From the NCBI GenBank assembly GCA_048128005.1, contig JBEUKZ010000019.1, positions 496,001 to 560,000 on the forward strand: a DNA stretch of 64,000 bases, written 5' to 3'. This stretch comes from Veleropilina oligotropha. Lineage: Eukaryota. Below are positions 26,794 to 40,477 of this stretch, piece after piece. The notes below the pieces were generated by a model, which saw nothing but the letters and a program-made list of their open reading frames with translations, searched no databases and was not told where the DNA came from. A program made the translations under genes and the position numbers. Position 1 is the first letter of the stretch. Each line of letters opens with the position of its first letter.

Positions 26794-27819
26794 GGACGAT
26801 TCCATTCCAGAAAATGAGGAAAGCATGTTTAACGCACTATATAATCCAAAGAGGTACATTTATCTGCGGACGAGTCCATTCTAGTACACTTGGACACTGA
26901 AAAGAAAATATTAATTATTTTAACGCGTAGACAACATTTTTGCACTGACAACAAACTTCAAGCACATTAAATTCGTTACCCAAATGAAGAAAATGTAATA
27001 AACGTTTAACGTTCAGAAGAATCTGGCAATACTCCATATAATGCTGTTGTTCATATGAACGATGTTCCATTGCTTTACTTTGAAACGAACACCGAGAGCT
27101 ATTTAAATATTATATCACAGAAATGTCGTTAAAATACAACATATATTTGCAATATTATACTATACCTGATGCTCTCTGCAGAGGTAAATCCCACGTGTGC
27201 TCTGGTCAAACATCTGAAGCCAAGTGAGCGTGCTTTGAAATGTACATCATCACGACGCAAAAATATTTCGCCTTGCATGCCGGTATAATTGCACTTAACG
27301 AGCACATTAAACGTCTATTCATAACCATGATTAAGCGGCGCCTTCAACTAATTAGGAATGGGATCCGACAGGAGTTTTGGGAGAGTAAACCCCAATTCGT
27401 ACAAAATTTCTATCGTATTGCTTTTAAATTGGTGATTTCATGTATATAATAATGTTTAAAATATAACAAATAGCTAATATTGTCAAAATGGATTAAGTAA
27501 GTTAACCCACATGGGACTGTTGATTCTTGAAAAATAATGTCGGCCCTCGTGCATTATTTTTCAAGAATCAACAGTCCCATGTTGGTTAACCTATACATAA
27601 TGTGCATGCTATACCGATAATCTTATTACAGCTTATTTACAGATGCTTACAATGTCATGAATGTGTATGCAGAAAACTTGTGGTTTACTTCAATAAATCT
27701 TAAGCATATCTTTAGTCAATAAACAACAACTGGGTCAATAACAGTGTTTATCGAATATCGATATATCCGTCTTATCTTCCTGCTTGATATGGTTTAACCT
27801 TCTACTGTACTTTAATCGT

Positions 27820-28987
27820 GGCCGCTCCGGCAGTCATGTGGATTCGGATTCTGCTGACGCGAACAGTAGTGGGTTCAGTTGGGACATTATGTGTTCAGTT
27901 GGGACATTATGTGTTCAGTTGGGACATTATGTGTTCAGTTGGGACATTATGTGTTCAGTTGGGACATTATGTGTTCAGTTGGGACATTATGTGTTCAGTT
28001 GGGACATTATGTGTTCAGTTGGGACATTATGTGTTCAGTTGGGACATTATGTGTTCAGTTGGGACATTATGTGTTCAGTTGGGACATTATGTGTTCAGTT
28101 GGGACATTATGTGTTCAGTTGGGACATTATGTGTTCAGTTGGGACATTATGTGTTCAGTTGGGACATTATGTGTTCAGTTGGGACATTATGTGTTCAGTT
28201 GGGACATTATGTGTTCAGTTGGGACATTATGTGTTCAGTTGGGACATTATGTGTTCAGTTGGGACATTATGTGTTCAGTTGGGACATTATGGGTTCAGTT
28301 GGGACATTATGTGTTCAGTTGGGACATTATGTGTTCAGTTGGGACATTATGTGTTCAGTTGGGACATTATGTGTTCAGTTGGGACATTATGTGTTCAGTT
28401 GGGACATTATGTGTTCAGTTGGGACATTATGTGTTCAGTTGGGACATTATGTGTTCAGTTGGGACATTATGTGTTCAGTTGGGACATTATGTGTTCAGTT
28501 GGGACATTATGTGTTCAGTTGGGACAGTATGTGTTCAGTTGGGACATTATGTGTTCAGTTGGGACATTATGTGTTCAGTTGGGACATTATGTGTTCAGTT
28601 GGGACATTATGTGTTCAGTTGGGACATTATGTGTTCAGTTGGGACATTATGTGTTCAGTTGGGACATTATGTGTTCAGTTGGGACATTATGTGTTCAGTT
28701 GGGACATTATGTGTTCAGTTGGGACATTATGTGTTCAGTTGGGACATTATGTGTTCAGTTGGGACATTATGTGTTCAGTTGGGACATTATGTGTTCAGTT
28801 GGGACATTATGTGTTCAGTTGGGACATTATGTGTTCAGTTCAACTTATGAATCACAGTTGTCCCGTAACAGGCCGGAGGGTGGGTTTCCCCGGCGACCAG
28901 GCTTTCCTCCCGAGATAATGTGGACATGTCCTGCCTTGAGCATGATGGTTGGATGCAGGACATTAAGCATCCATCCAATCCAATCCA
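27820..28987 (+). mobile_element. tRNA-derived V-domain-like SINE copy expanded by an internal minisatellite
   Basis: The head (27820-27880) and body/tail (28841-28987) match the SINE at 30218-30477. Confidence 0.8.
27881..28840. repeat. 20-bp minisatellite, 48 copies
   Basis: (GGGACATTATGTGTTCAGTT)48, with only two variant units visible. Confidence 0.99.
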
Positions 28988-29109
28988 AGACTACTTTGCA
29001 AAAAAATGATGAACCAATATATACAATGACTGGGAAAGTCATAAACGATTGTTATTTTTGAGAAAATTGTAACAGCATCTGCGAGCATATATATATATAT
29101 ATATGTATA

Positions 29110-29470
29110 CAGGGGCGTCGCGACCGGGGGGGGGGGGGGGGTAAGGGGGGTATTTACCCCCCTAAAATTTTGGAAGCAAGTGCCCTTGCATAAGCTGAAT
29201 GTTAACGTCATTTCACTATATGGACTTCATTGAAGACAAAATTAGCAACATACCATAAATATGTTAAAGTATTTTGTTCTCAAATGCCAGGAAAATGCAT
29301 CTGAGGCACTTAAATTCTCAAATTTTCATGGGGAGGTCGATCTCCCCATAACCCCCCACCCCCCAGCAAAGGGTTTCGCGCCTTCGGCACTCACATTACT
29401 GGCTCCAATAATATGAAGTGCCCTTTGTTAATGATACCCCCCTAACATCAAAATGGTTGCGACGCCCCTG
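29110..29470. mobile_element. MITE with CAGGGGCGTCGC terminal inverted repeats (TIRs) and 5-bp TSD GTATA
   Basis: CAGGGGCGTCGCGACC ... GGTTGCGACGCCCCTG, flanked by GTATA on both sides. Confidence 0.85.
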
Positions 29471-29507
29471 GTATATGGATACAGCATGAGCATATATATA
29501 TATATGT

Positions 29508-31110
29508 CAGGGGCGGATACAGGATTTCTGAAAAGGGGGGGCCGTAGTCTGCTAGGGGGTCGAAAAATTTTCGTTATAAAAGGTCTTAGATGCGTTCTCC
29601 TGCACTCTAGAATTTATATTGACCACTTTAATTATCTTAAAATTAGACTTTAATGGACAGAATACATGAGCTAAAATTACGATGAAAGCCAATAATTTTA
29701 GAATGGCTACAGGCATACTCTTCATTGATGTAATTGAAGTATGCGTCGAATCTGGCATAACTTCCCATGTTATTATGGCGCTTTATTCTAAAATTTGAAT
29801 TATATAATACATTATAATTTATATCTTTAATTCCACACAAACATGAATGCCAATACGATGTTTTACCTACATTAAGAAACATACATTTCGCCATGTATGT
29901 AAGAGTAAAAGGTTGAATCTGACATGTAACCTACTATGAAACGTGTCACACGGAGAACAATTCTACGATTAATGATGCGAAATCTCATCTCCTGCAGTAC
30001 GACAGTGTAAATACGACGTTTTGTTACGAACATTTATGGACATTTTCGCCACTATGTATAATAAATGTGTTGCAAATTGAAGAAAAATTTGATAATTAAC
30101 GGCATGAAACCCCCTCTTCTGCATAGTGAGAGTGCAAATACAATGTTGTTTACCAACATTTATGGACATTTTCACTAATATGAATATGAAAAGGGCTGCA
30201 ATTTGACATCTACTATGGGCCGCTTCGGCAGCGCAGTGGGTAGAGTGTCCACTCTAAATTCACTGGATTGATTCCGCTAATGCGAACAGTAGTGGGTTCT
30301 ATACCTGGCTGAGGCATTGAAATTTGTTCAAGTTATGAATCACAGTTGTTCGTGACTGGCCGAAGAGGGCGGGTTTACCCGGGCGACCGGGGTTTCCTCC
30401 CGCGATAACACGGACATGTCCTGCCTTGAACCTCGATGTTGTAAATATACACGACATTAAGCATCATCCCTCCCTCCACATCTACAATGAAAATTAATGT
30501 CTCACTCGGAGGAAAATTTTGACAATAAACGGTGTGAAACCCCTCTCCTGCATTCTGAAAATGCAAATACGATGTGTTTTACTACCATTTAAGACCATTT
30601 TCTCTATTATATATGAGTAAAAGGCTGCAAATTGACCATGAAATATGTTAATTTTGATAATTAACGGTGTGAATGCCCCTTTCAGCATACTTAGAGTGCA
30701 AATACGATGTTTATCATTGTTATGTATGCGTGCATGGTGATAAATCGAGGTTGAAAATTGCTTTGTAGTATAACATTTTCGTTGTGGTCACAAGGGGTCG
30801 TCGATTCTGGTGTCGGAAAAAGTGTGAGAAATTTAAATACTTGACGAAATAGCGAGCAATGGTACGGAACTTCAATCATTATCGATTCGGACTTCGAAGA
30901 CTATCAGACTTGTTAAAAATCAATGTCATTTTTTGTAAATACTAATTTGCATATTAAAAATATAAAGTTTATATACAAAATAGGTATTGGGTTTTATCAA
31001 AAGTATCATAATGCATCATTTTTATACAGAAATGCAAATTCAACAGGTTCATTCCGCTGACAAAAGGGGGGGCCGGAGCCGGGTCGGCCCCCCCCCTAAA
31101 TCCGCCCCTG
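29508..31110. mobile_element. Non-autonomous DNA transposon with CAGGGGCGGAT TIRs and 5-bp TSD TATGT; contains a SINE
   Basis: CAGGGGCGGAT ... ATCCGCCCCTG, flanked by TATGT on both sides. Confidence 0.85.
30218..30477 (+). mobile_element. Full-length tRNA-derived SINE with V-domain-like core
   Basis: A/B-box-like head, core GGGTTTACCCGGGCGACCGGGGTTTCCTCCC, (CCTC)n tail and 12-bp TSD ACATCTAC(T/A)ATG. Five more copies occur in the window. Confidence 0.85.
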
Positions 31111-31823
31111 TATGTATATGGATCTGCGAGCATATATATGTATATGGATACAGCGCGATATAAATCTCCAATTATTATTTATTATTATATCAATACTACC
31201 GGTACCTCAATTTTATGAAATGCTAGACTTTGAATATATTTATTTACCCCCAGGGTGGTGGGAGGAGGTGAACATGGGTGGTGGAGAGCATGGCCGAATG
31301 GATACTGATCTATAAAGCTGAAGGTTTGGGGATCCACCCCAAAACTGATAGGAATTTTTCCCATGATCGCTGTCTCCCATGCATACAACACCAATTCATT
31401 TCATCATTTACAGTACCGGTACGTCACAACTATTTACCTTATATTTTAGTCTACAAAACATTCCATGATCACATTGTTCACAAAGGAAACTTTGACGGCA
31501 TGAAAACATTTAAACAATAGAACTATAACAATAAAAAAAATGTAGAATGACAATGTGGTAGTGTTTGCAGCCAAAACTGATTACAATAAAACCACCTGTT
31601 GAACTTTATTCTTGATATTTTCTTAATTTTCCGTAATATTAATAATTAATGGACTTTAATGAAAATATAGTATTAGACACTATAAATCTAATTTAGCATG
31701 TATATGTGCGTCTGGGGCTTGATTTGAAATTCCACGAGATGTTACTGCTATGCCTGAAAAAAACTGGAATTCCAAAATATATATCTGGCCCACAAATGTC
31801 GGTGGGCTTACGAAGTTACGTAC

Positions 31824-31906
31824 CTGCAGGACACGGACAACTCCACTAATGTAGCTGGGTTCACCCCCGTCCCGGGTTGAAATTGATTCATATTTCCAGT
31901 TGCCAT
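31824..31906 (-). CDS. CPNE: Copine (CPNE5/8/9-like) first coding exon MATGNMNQFQPGTGVNPATLVELSVSC(R)
   Basis: Runs from ATG to tgcag|gtacgt. The phase-2 end matches exon 8537-8577. PAT.VE.SVSC is the start of copine C2A. Confidence 0.9.
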
Positions 31907-33157
31907 ACTTTACTTGTTTGGTTGAATTCTTAGTTCGTTCTGCTCAAGTATTGCTGCATAACAAACTAATATAATAAACAAATTGAGCAATATCCGGGTC
32001 ATCAGAGATATTGCGAAATAATAACATTCGGGATATCCGCATTCTCTAACATTACCAAATGCACGCGCCTCTACCTCTATTAAATAGTAAACGTTCATGA
32101 ACTTATTTTTATATACAATGCATAGCTAATGTTGCTTTATTAAGGTATAAGTTTTAACGTGTTTTCATGTGTATCCTTGCGATTCGGTGCAACGCGAAAC
32201 AACTCATTAAAAGCCCAACTTAAGTTCGGCCGTGCCCTAACTTAAAATTGTAACACTGGGCAACCCACAGAGTTGGCCAATCTACCAATCAAGCTCGACT
32301 GCTGGAAAACAGACACATATATTTAGATTTGAAAACAAACTGTCACTTTTATGATTAAACTTTGAAATAATTTGAAACGTAATATTGTATTTATACCTTT
32401 GCATTATGCCTACAATGTTTGATCGTGTCAATTGCAACACCATGTCATTAATTGTTATTAAATGCTTTAAACTATCTGCAACCACATAGCCTACACTGTG
32501 ATAAAAAAAACTAACCACCAGTTCTAATCCGACATTTCATCAATAAGGATGCCATAATTCAATTGTCCAATTACTTTGATAACATCATACCTGGATCCTC
32601 TCTGGGTAGGCCTATTATAGGCTATATATCCGTCTTCCCGTTTGTCCCCTCGCATCATTATCTCAAACACTACTAATCGCCTTGATAGTTACTTGCTGAA
32701 TACTCAATCCTCTTAATCTCGTCTGGGACGTAAGGACGTAACTATATTCCTCCACCTGAGTCGGCCCTGTGCAATATATTGAGCGTTGCCCATGATAGCT
32801 CCATTTCCACAAGCTCAGCCACCACCGTCCGTCGTCATGTAGTTTTTGGCTGTTCTCTGAACATTACGTTTACAGTTGAAGTCCAATTATGTAGATATCT
32901 GTTCCTTGGGCATGATCATGATTATATGACCGAGTCAACCATTTTATTTTACGCATTTTGATTTTCAGGGATATGCTGTTACAGCCCGTTTTCTTGTACA
33001 AGTTCTCTTTGGAGATCGTATTTGGCCAGTTGATGTTGCAGAATCGTTTAAGACAACTGTTGTGAAGTGAATGGCATCCAGTTTGATCTGTCTTCATCAA
33101 CACTCGAAGCCATTATGCGCACGCACAGATTTCACATTGCTGCTCTAAAGCTTGATC

Positions 33158-33566
33158 TTAAGATGGTCTCACCTGGTGCGATTTAGCTGCGATATCGTAC
33201 AACAAGATATGATACGCCGCGATATCGCTTATTCTCGCGCCGTGTGAGATGATCTGCGATAATATTTCTTGCGATACGATGTTGTCTTGTCGTAACGTAG
33301 ATTGTTGAACAGTATACGCAACATTGTTGATGATCGCGAAAATCGCAGCGTGTGAGGGGAAGCATCGTGTGGTTATCTACGATGCCATAAGATGCGACAG
33401 AACATCCTATATCGCATCGTATCCCATAATAATCGTAGAGAAAATCGCAGCGTGTGAAGGGAAGTATCGTGCGCTTATCTACGATACGATACCATAAGAT
33501 ACGAGAGAACATCTTATCGTATCGTATCGTAGAGAAAATAGCACCGTACGTGTGAAAGCACGTTTA
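33158..33566. mobile_element. Palindromic MITE-like element
   Basis: Imperfect TIRs (TCTCACCTGGTGCGATTT / AAATAGCACCGTACGTGTGAAA) and an internal duplicated AAAATCGCAGCGTGTGA block. Confidence 0.5.
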
Positions 33567-33719
33567 TCTTGATGCTTATCGCTGTGTTATCCAGATGGGA
33601 CAAAGTATAGCATATGCGCTTCACTCTTATTCATCCGGGCATTTTAACATAAATATCATTATTTGTGAAGCTTTCAGTGAAGATGAAATCTGTAACCATC
33701 CTTTCCCAAGAAAAGAGTG

Positions 33720-33970
33720 GTTTGGATTGAATCGATGCCTAATATCCTGTATATTTACAATCGTCAGGTTTAAAGCAGGACATGTCCGTATTCTCGCGGG
33801 AGAAAAGCCCGGCTGCCCGGGTAAACACGCCCTCTCTTACCAGTTACGGACAACTGTGATTCATAACTGAACAAATAATGGCAATGTTCCAACCGAGATT
33901 CAAACCCACTAGTGTTCGTGTCAGCGGAATCAAGCCAGTGCAACCGAACCTACACGACTGCCGGAGCAAC
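33720..33970 (-). mobile_element. Diverged V-like SINE copy
   Basis: The reverse complement aligns to 30218-30477 (GGACATGTCC, ATGAATCACAGTTGTCCG). Confidence 0.8.
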
Positions 33971-34590
33971 CGGAACAGATTGATTGAACATTGCATCTCA
34001 GTGTATACGGCTTGGACCAATCCATCTGCTCTCGCTTACTAGCATAGGCCAACTCAGGATGCCCAAGTTGTACCTATTCATTTCGTTGAGGCCTTGTGCC
34101 ATTTTAGATGTTTCAAACTTGGTGCACAGCGTTCTTCCAAGATGGATGATTGTTTTTGGCCGTAGAAAACTCCTTGTCGAGCTCCCGACTTCCATGATTG
34201 GGTTGCCATCCGAAGCTGTCATGGTGCCCATAGGTTGATTGAATTTTCGTGCTGGGGCTCATTAAAATAGCGTTGTTATATAATTTTGTAACGAGATGGT
34301 GCTTTATGGGATGAGTTGTTAGCACCACGACCAATCCTCAATCTGGAGGCACGGGGAATGAGTTTCGTCCGAGACATGGTCGGCATTGCTCTCAGAGTCT
34401 TTGAAGTATGCGTTAAAAAGCCCTGTATGTGTTACGCAAGAAATGATAACACCGCGACTTGATATTCCGCGTATTCGGTTCTCTTGCTTTTATATATTTT
34501 CACAGTGCATGGCGTGATCGTTTGATTCTGATGTCTGACCACGACGCCAGACACTCGATTTCAATTCACAGGAATTTGTCTGAATTGTTA

Positions 34591-35503
34591 AGGTGCTCTC
34601 CCACTAGGCGAGGGTGGACTTGCGAATGGGAGCGAGTATAGGTAATACACGCAGGCGTTGCGAGCATGTGCGTTGCGAGTAACTGCTAGTAACTTTTGCG
34701 AGTTTACTGGATATCGCGTTATATGTGACAGTTAAATGGAGGCGACAATACCCAAAATCAGAGATTGAATTTGTACAGGGAGAATAATAAAACACTGGGC
34801 ACAAAATGTAAGTCTTCATTGTTACTGTCTCCCATTGCCTTATATTAGATTTCTCTTCACGTAGTCTGTCAGTTTTTGTATTGTTATGGTACATACTCTA
34901 ATTTTATTTGAACCACCGCACAATTAACGTCCTCTTCCTACTCGCTAAGTTGATCGCGCTCTCAGTTGAGTGTCTTCGTTTTCTGTTCTTCTCTGGCATT
35001 AGACCTATACAACTACTTACAATTTTATTTCTTGTGGATGATGAAAATTCACGCGCTGGACTTGTGGAGAGCGATTTGTGCTCTCACACATGCAAGTCAC
35101 CTTGCGAGTTCGTTGCGAGTACTTGCGGACCTTGCGAGTGCTTACGGAGCTCGCATCGTGTTGAACATGTCCAAAACCTTGCGAGTAGCTTGCGAGTGAC
35201 AGCGAGTGGTTGCGATTACTCGCAGCACTTGCAAGTAATCCCTCTCCCACTACGCGAGTTCCTGACACTCGCTGGTACTCGTCCCCACTCGCTGATACTC
35301 GTCACAACTCGCTGGTACTCGTCACCACTCGCTGGTACTCGTCACCACTCGCTGGTACTTGTCACCACTCGCTGGTACTCGTCAACACTCGCTGGTACTC
35401 GTCACCACTCGCAGGTACTCGTCGCCACTCGCAGGTACTCGTCGCCACTCGCAGGTACTCGTCACCTCTCGCAAGGCCGAAGTCACATAGTAGGAGAGTA
35501 CCT
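34591..35503. mobile_element. Non-autonomous DNA transposon with an internal 20-bp tandem repeat (~10 copies, 35266-35472)
   Basis: TIRs AGGTGCTCTCCCACTA / TAGTAGGAGAGTACCT. Repeat unit GCTGGTACTCGTCACCACTC. Confidence 0.7.
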
Positions 35504-35508
35504 TGATA

Positions 35509-36095
35509 CTGCTTTCACACTACAACTCGGAATAATTTCGAGTTGGCTTCAACTCGGATTCCGCCCCAGCATAACCCTTGTTGATGTGTTCCCATTACAA
35601 GTGAGTCGATCCGGGTTTCGGTATATAGAGTTGTATGCCGCAGTGATATATTAGCGATAATTTACATGTTCGTTTTCTTGCTCTTGGGCATATTGCATAT
35701 ATCAGTATCTTTTCTGACAATTTGTACATGAGCCGATTGAAACCAAATAAAACTAATTACATAATCGCTTCATGGGATGTCATAAGACGTCTCTGTATTA
35801 TCACAGTCCCGATATGTCACAAAGTTTAACAAAAATGAATGAAATCACCAACTAAATACACATTTAGTAATATTCGCGCTGTTTCCGAGATCCAGCGATC
35901 GCATTCACTACTCCATTCATTGGTTATCCTGAAATAGTTGCGACTCCAAATGCAACTCGAAACGAATCCTAGTACTTTGACGTATTATCACCAGAATCAT
36001 ACTCGAAAGCAACACGGATAATAAAGTGTAGTGTAAACGAGTCAACCCGGTTTCAACCCTGGATGAAATCGAGTTAAAGCCCAGTGTGAAAGCGG
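35509..36095. mobile_element. Harbinger/PIF-like MITE
   Basis: TIRs CTGCTTTCACACT / AGTGTGAAAGCGG with further subterminal symmetry. Confidence 0.55.
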
Positions 36096-36759
36096 CTTGA
36101 GTCTCCACTCATTCCGCACTGCTGAAAAAGTTAGTTAATTGAGGAGAGTTTTGAATTAGTTTAGATCCTTAAGTGGTGTCCATGGGTCCGCGCGTCCGCA
36201 TCCGCAGAAAATCGCTCATTACATGAAAGTGCGGGACCGTTTCCATGAATCCGCATTTCGCTGTCCGCAGCGCGCAGTCCACATCCGATCGCGACATGTA
36301 GCGATTTTTTGGCAGAATGCGGACACAGAGAATCCCTAATTATGACGTCATTAATTAGGGATTTCCCAAATAATTTTATTTATATATTCAAGTGTAGAAA
36401 TTTTAAGGTAATTAATTTGGTAAAATCTTCTCAAAATAATTACGTTATTATTTATTAAATAGCCAACAAATTAACAAAGCACTTCATACATATTGAAAAC
36501 TTTGTCTTTAACATAAAATGAGAATGACGAGAAAGCAAACTATCTTATACTTGTTACAGTTTACATCATTATCGTATTATTCATATTAAACTAATAAAGC
36601 GAATCTTCGTTTGTCAGATTTGTGTATTATTCACGAGCCTTCACTTAGGGTACCTTTATTCGTAACTTTGAACCACTGCTAATGCTATCGGGTTAGAAGG
36701 TTGGCATTGACTGTTAACCATCGTGCAAATTTGAAATATCGCGTTTCAATGGAGATGTG

Positions 36760-36960
36760 GGAGGGAGGAATGATGCTTAATATCTTGTATATTTACAACA
36801 TCGAGGTTCAAGGCAGGACATGTCCGTGTTATCGCGGGAGGAAACCCCGGTCGCCCGGGTAAACCCGCCCTCTTCGGCCAGTCACGGACAACTGTGATTC
36901 ATAACTTGAACAAATTTCAATGCCTCAGCCAGGTATTGAACCCACTACTGTTCGGAATCA
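36760..36960 (-). mobile_element. 5'-truncated V-like SINE, 7-bp TSD AGATGTG
   Basis: Near-identical to the 3' part of the 30218 copy. The empty site is visible in the paralogous block at ~38904. Confidence 0.88.
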
Positions 36961-38280
36961 AGATGTGTGCAGACCAATGCAGTAAACGATAATAGCACCA
37001 TAATTAAACTATCAGGTTAATGGCAGATACTTCATAACAACACTGTTTCAGTGAAGATGTACTTTTTCCGGTTGCAACCATTGGATATGAATTTATATGC
37101 ATTTTATATGCAGACCCAGATAATAACTTTCAGACACTAAATTTTACGTAAGGTGCCATATATGGTCACTATCATTATCATCATCAGTCCGCTAACTCAT
37201 ATCCGTGGGAGCTCATCAGACGCAATCCGTCACACACCTGTTCTGGGTCATGGTGAACGCCTCATTTGAGCCCACCCGTGTTCAGTAAGTCGCATTGACC
37301 AGCCAATCTTCCTCTGTTGCCATTTAAACAGCCTTGTAGAATGTCTTTAGCAATGCCATCTTGTCTCGAGTTGTGCCCAAACCACCTCAGCTTGCGTGAT
37401 TTCACAATGTCCGTCAAGCCATCTTTTTCAAAATCACGTTTTGTATTATTGACAGCACTTCATCATTTGTAATTTGTTGATGGTATGGAAATGTGATACC
37501 TAGCAGCCGTCTAAATGTTTTCCTTACGAAGGTATTGATTTTCTTTTTTATTACTTCTATGATTGTCTATGCTTCCGACCCTTGGAGAGATGTTGAGATT
37601 ATGATGGCGCAGATGTGGTGTATTTTCGGGCTGATAGTGATGTTTTTATCAGATTATTTTCAGATTGTTTTCAATTTCGCCAAATCAATTCGGCTTCTAA
37701 TATCTCATTCTGACTTTTCGATTTCGATCTTGGTTTTACCTCATCCATTTTAATTCCTGGTACAGTGGTGACCATGCACTGTCTGGTCATTCGTGACATC
37801 TGATGTCCAACATTTTACTTTTCTCTCAGCTTATTGAAATGAAAGGTCGTCCGTAAAAGGATGAGAATGCGCAATACATTGCGGATCCATGGAAACACTT
37901 TTTGCGGACTACGGATGCGCGGACTGCGGATATGGACATGCGGACCAATGGAAACAGCGTTAAGCGGTTTTTCCATGGGTCCGCGCGTCCGCATCCGCAA
38001 TACGCAGAAAATCGCTCATTACATGAAAGTGCAGGACCGTTTTCATGGATCCGCATGTCGCTGTCCGCAACGCGCAGTCCGCATCCGATCGCGACATGTA
38101 GTGATTTTTGGCAGAATGCGGATTGCGGACACAGAGAATCGCTAATTATGACGTCATTAACTAGGGATCCAAAGAATTTTATTTATGTATTCAAGTGTAG
38201 AAATTTTGAGGTAATTATTTTGGTAAATATTACCAAAATAAATACTTTAAGTAGCCAGCAAATTAACAAAGCACTTCATA

Positions 38281-38619
38281 AACAAGCGCATCCGAGAGGA
38301 TGCGTAGTTGAGCCGCAGTGCCCACTCTCAATAAACTTAATTTTGTCTTTCTAGGTTGACCGAGTCCAGACATATGTCTGTTTATGTATTTTACACTTAT
38401 TTGACTTTGGCGACCTTGACCTTTGACCTCATAAATCAATCAGTAGTTAGATATCCACTCATATATCATATATATATGAAGTTTCGTGGCTATATGTTTT
38501 GAATTGACCATGTTATACCATGTAAAGTCATCGTGGACATACACCACCACACACACAGACAGACAGACACACAGACAGCCTCAATACAATAGTTTCTCCG
38601 TAAACGGCTCAACTAAAAA
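38281..38619. mobile_element. Helentron-associated / Pearl-like element (internally deleted sister at ~38931-39071)
   Basis: AACAAGCGCATCCGAGAGGATGCG start, TGACCTTGACC motifs, (CAGA)n and GGCTCAACTA end. Absent from the paralogous block at ~36488. Confidence 0.75.
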
Positions 38620-40044
38620 TGAAAACTTTGCCTTTAACATAAAATGAGAATGACAATGAGAAGGCAAACATTCTTACTTTTTGCATCATGATCGCATTAT
38701 TCGTATTAAAGAGAATCTTCGCTTGTCAGAATTGTGTACTATTCATTATAAACGGTTTAAAAATCAACGATTTTCAAGGCAATTTCACGAGCCTTCACTT
38801 TGGATACATTCATTCGTAACTTTGAACCACTGCTAATGGTTTCGGATTTAGATTGGTATCGACTATTAACCATCGTGACAATTTTAAATATCGCGTTTCA
38901 ATGGAGATGTGTGCAGACCAGTGCAGTAAACAACAAGCGCATCCGAGAGGAAGCATAGTTGAGACATAATAAAGTCATCGTGGACATACACCGTCCACCA
39001 CATAGACAGACAGACAGACAGACACACAGACAGCCTCAATACAATAGTTTCTCCGTAAATGGCTCAACTAATAATAGGACCATTAACTATAAAGTTAAAT
39101 TGCCAGCTGGATGGCAGATTATTTCAGACGCAAAATTTGTGCCATATCATCATCATCATTAGTTCGCTAATCCGAGTTGTGGGAGCACATCAGTCGCACA
39201 CCCCTGTTCTGAGTCCTGGTGATAGCTTCATTTGCATCCACCCGTGTCCAGTAAGTCGCATTGACCATCCAATCTTCCTCTGTTCCATTTATACAGCCTT
39301 GTAGGATGTCTTTAGCACAAGGCCATCTTGTCTCGACACATGTCGAAATCACCTCAACTTGCGTGATTCCACAATGTCCGTCAAGTCATCTTTTCAAAAT
39401 CACGCTTTGCATCATTGACAGCACTTCATCATTTGTAATTTATTGTTTGTACGACAATGTGATAATGGGCAGTCTTCTAAATGCTTTCATTTCGAACGCA
39501 TTGGTTTTCTTTTTTATTTCCTCTATGATTGTCTATGCTTCCTACCCTTGGAGAGGTGTTGAGATTATGATGGCGCAGAGGGGTGTATTTTGGAGCTGAT
39601 AGTGATGTTTACAATGCGTAAATTGGCAGACCATTTCTTGGAACTAATGAAGGAAAGACGGAGATGTATGCGAGTTTTCAACGTACATAATACGAATGAC
39701 CGTGTATTCAAACCATTTATTTTGTACTATTGTCGTTTTCTTTGTGTTGACATATATTATTGATCATACGAATAGGCCAGCTTTAATAATAAAAAATCAC
39801 TAATATTATCAAGACAAGGTATGAAAAAAGTGGTTTAGTATTGCAAAGCTGTAGCAAAATGTATCGAGAAAGATTGTCTCATTTGTATAGAGCTGCTTCT
39901 CATCATAAAGTCAATCAAATGCGCAAGAAACTTCGCTAAAAGAAACATAGCAACAGCATGAACTTTCATAAACGTACACTAAAAAGTCTACAGATAAAAC
40001 GACCCATCAAATTTATTCGAAAGGATTACTTTTATAGGTGTTAT

Positions 40045-40477
40045 CAGGCGCGGATCCAGGAATTTCGCTAAGGGGGGGCGCTGAATTTACTATCAATTGT
40101 TCGCGTGGGGGCGGGGCCCCACGCGAAAGAAAATTTTGAGAATCAACTGCCTGAAACCCCCTCTCCTGCACTCTGACAGGGCAAAAGCGATATTTCATTC
40201 TAACTTTTTATGAACCACTGTCACTCAAATAGCACGAGTCAAATTTGTATTTTATTTTGTCATAATCGAATTGTTCGCGTGGGGTCGGCGCCCCACACGC
40301 AAGAAAATTTTGACAATTAACGATGTGAAATCCCACCTCCTGCATTATTACATTGCAACAGCCTATTTATAATGTTCTGAAAGTCATTTGTATCAGATTA
40401 TACATATTATTTTAGTATGCTTGGCCAACTTTAGGGGGGGCGCGCGCCGGGTGCGCCCCCCCCTGGATCCGCGCCTG
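40045..40477. mobile_element. MITE with 16-bp TIR CAGGCGCGGATCCAGG and 5-bp TSD GTTAT
   Basis: Perfect TIRs and TSD are visible. Confidence 0.9.

Larger units (their letters stand above)
32620..34430 (-). mobile_element. Degenerate RTE-like LINE remnant interrupted by a MITE and a SINE
   Basis: Decayed peptides CLKRFCNINWPNTISKENLY..RKIKWL (post-RT region) and EMNRYNLGIL..SESRW.G (APE endonuclease start). Confidence 0.6.
36180..39610. repeat. Old local tandem duplication (~36180-37640 versus ~37973-39610), including RTE 3' fragments
   Basis: Collinear diverged blocks starting CCATGGGTCCGCGCGTCCGCATCCGCA. Each copy carries different later insertions. Confidence 0.85.

Noticed and set aside
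27166..27213. Possible extra 48-bp minus-strand exon in copine intron 1
   Set aside because: It has AG/GT borders, but the frame continuing from exon 1 hits a TGA and no frame resembles copine.
27784..29061. 323-425 aa ORFs in three frames
   Set aside because: They are translations of a stop-free 20-bp minisatellite.
31785..31885. Twister-ribozyme-like pattern on the minus strand
   Set aside because: It lacks the 3' conserved residues and is fully explained as copine exon 1 plus its splice donor.
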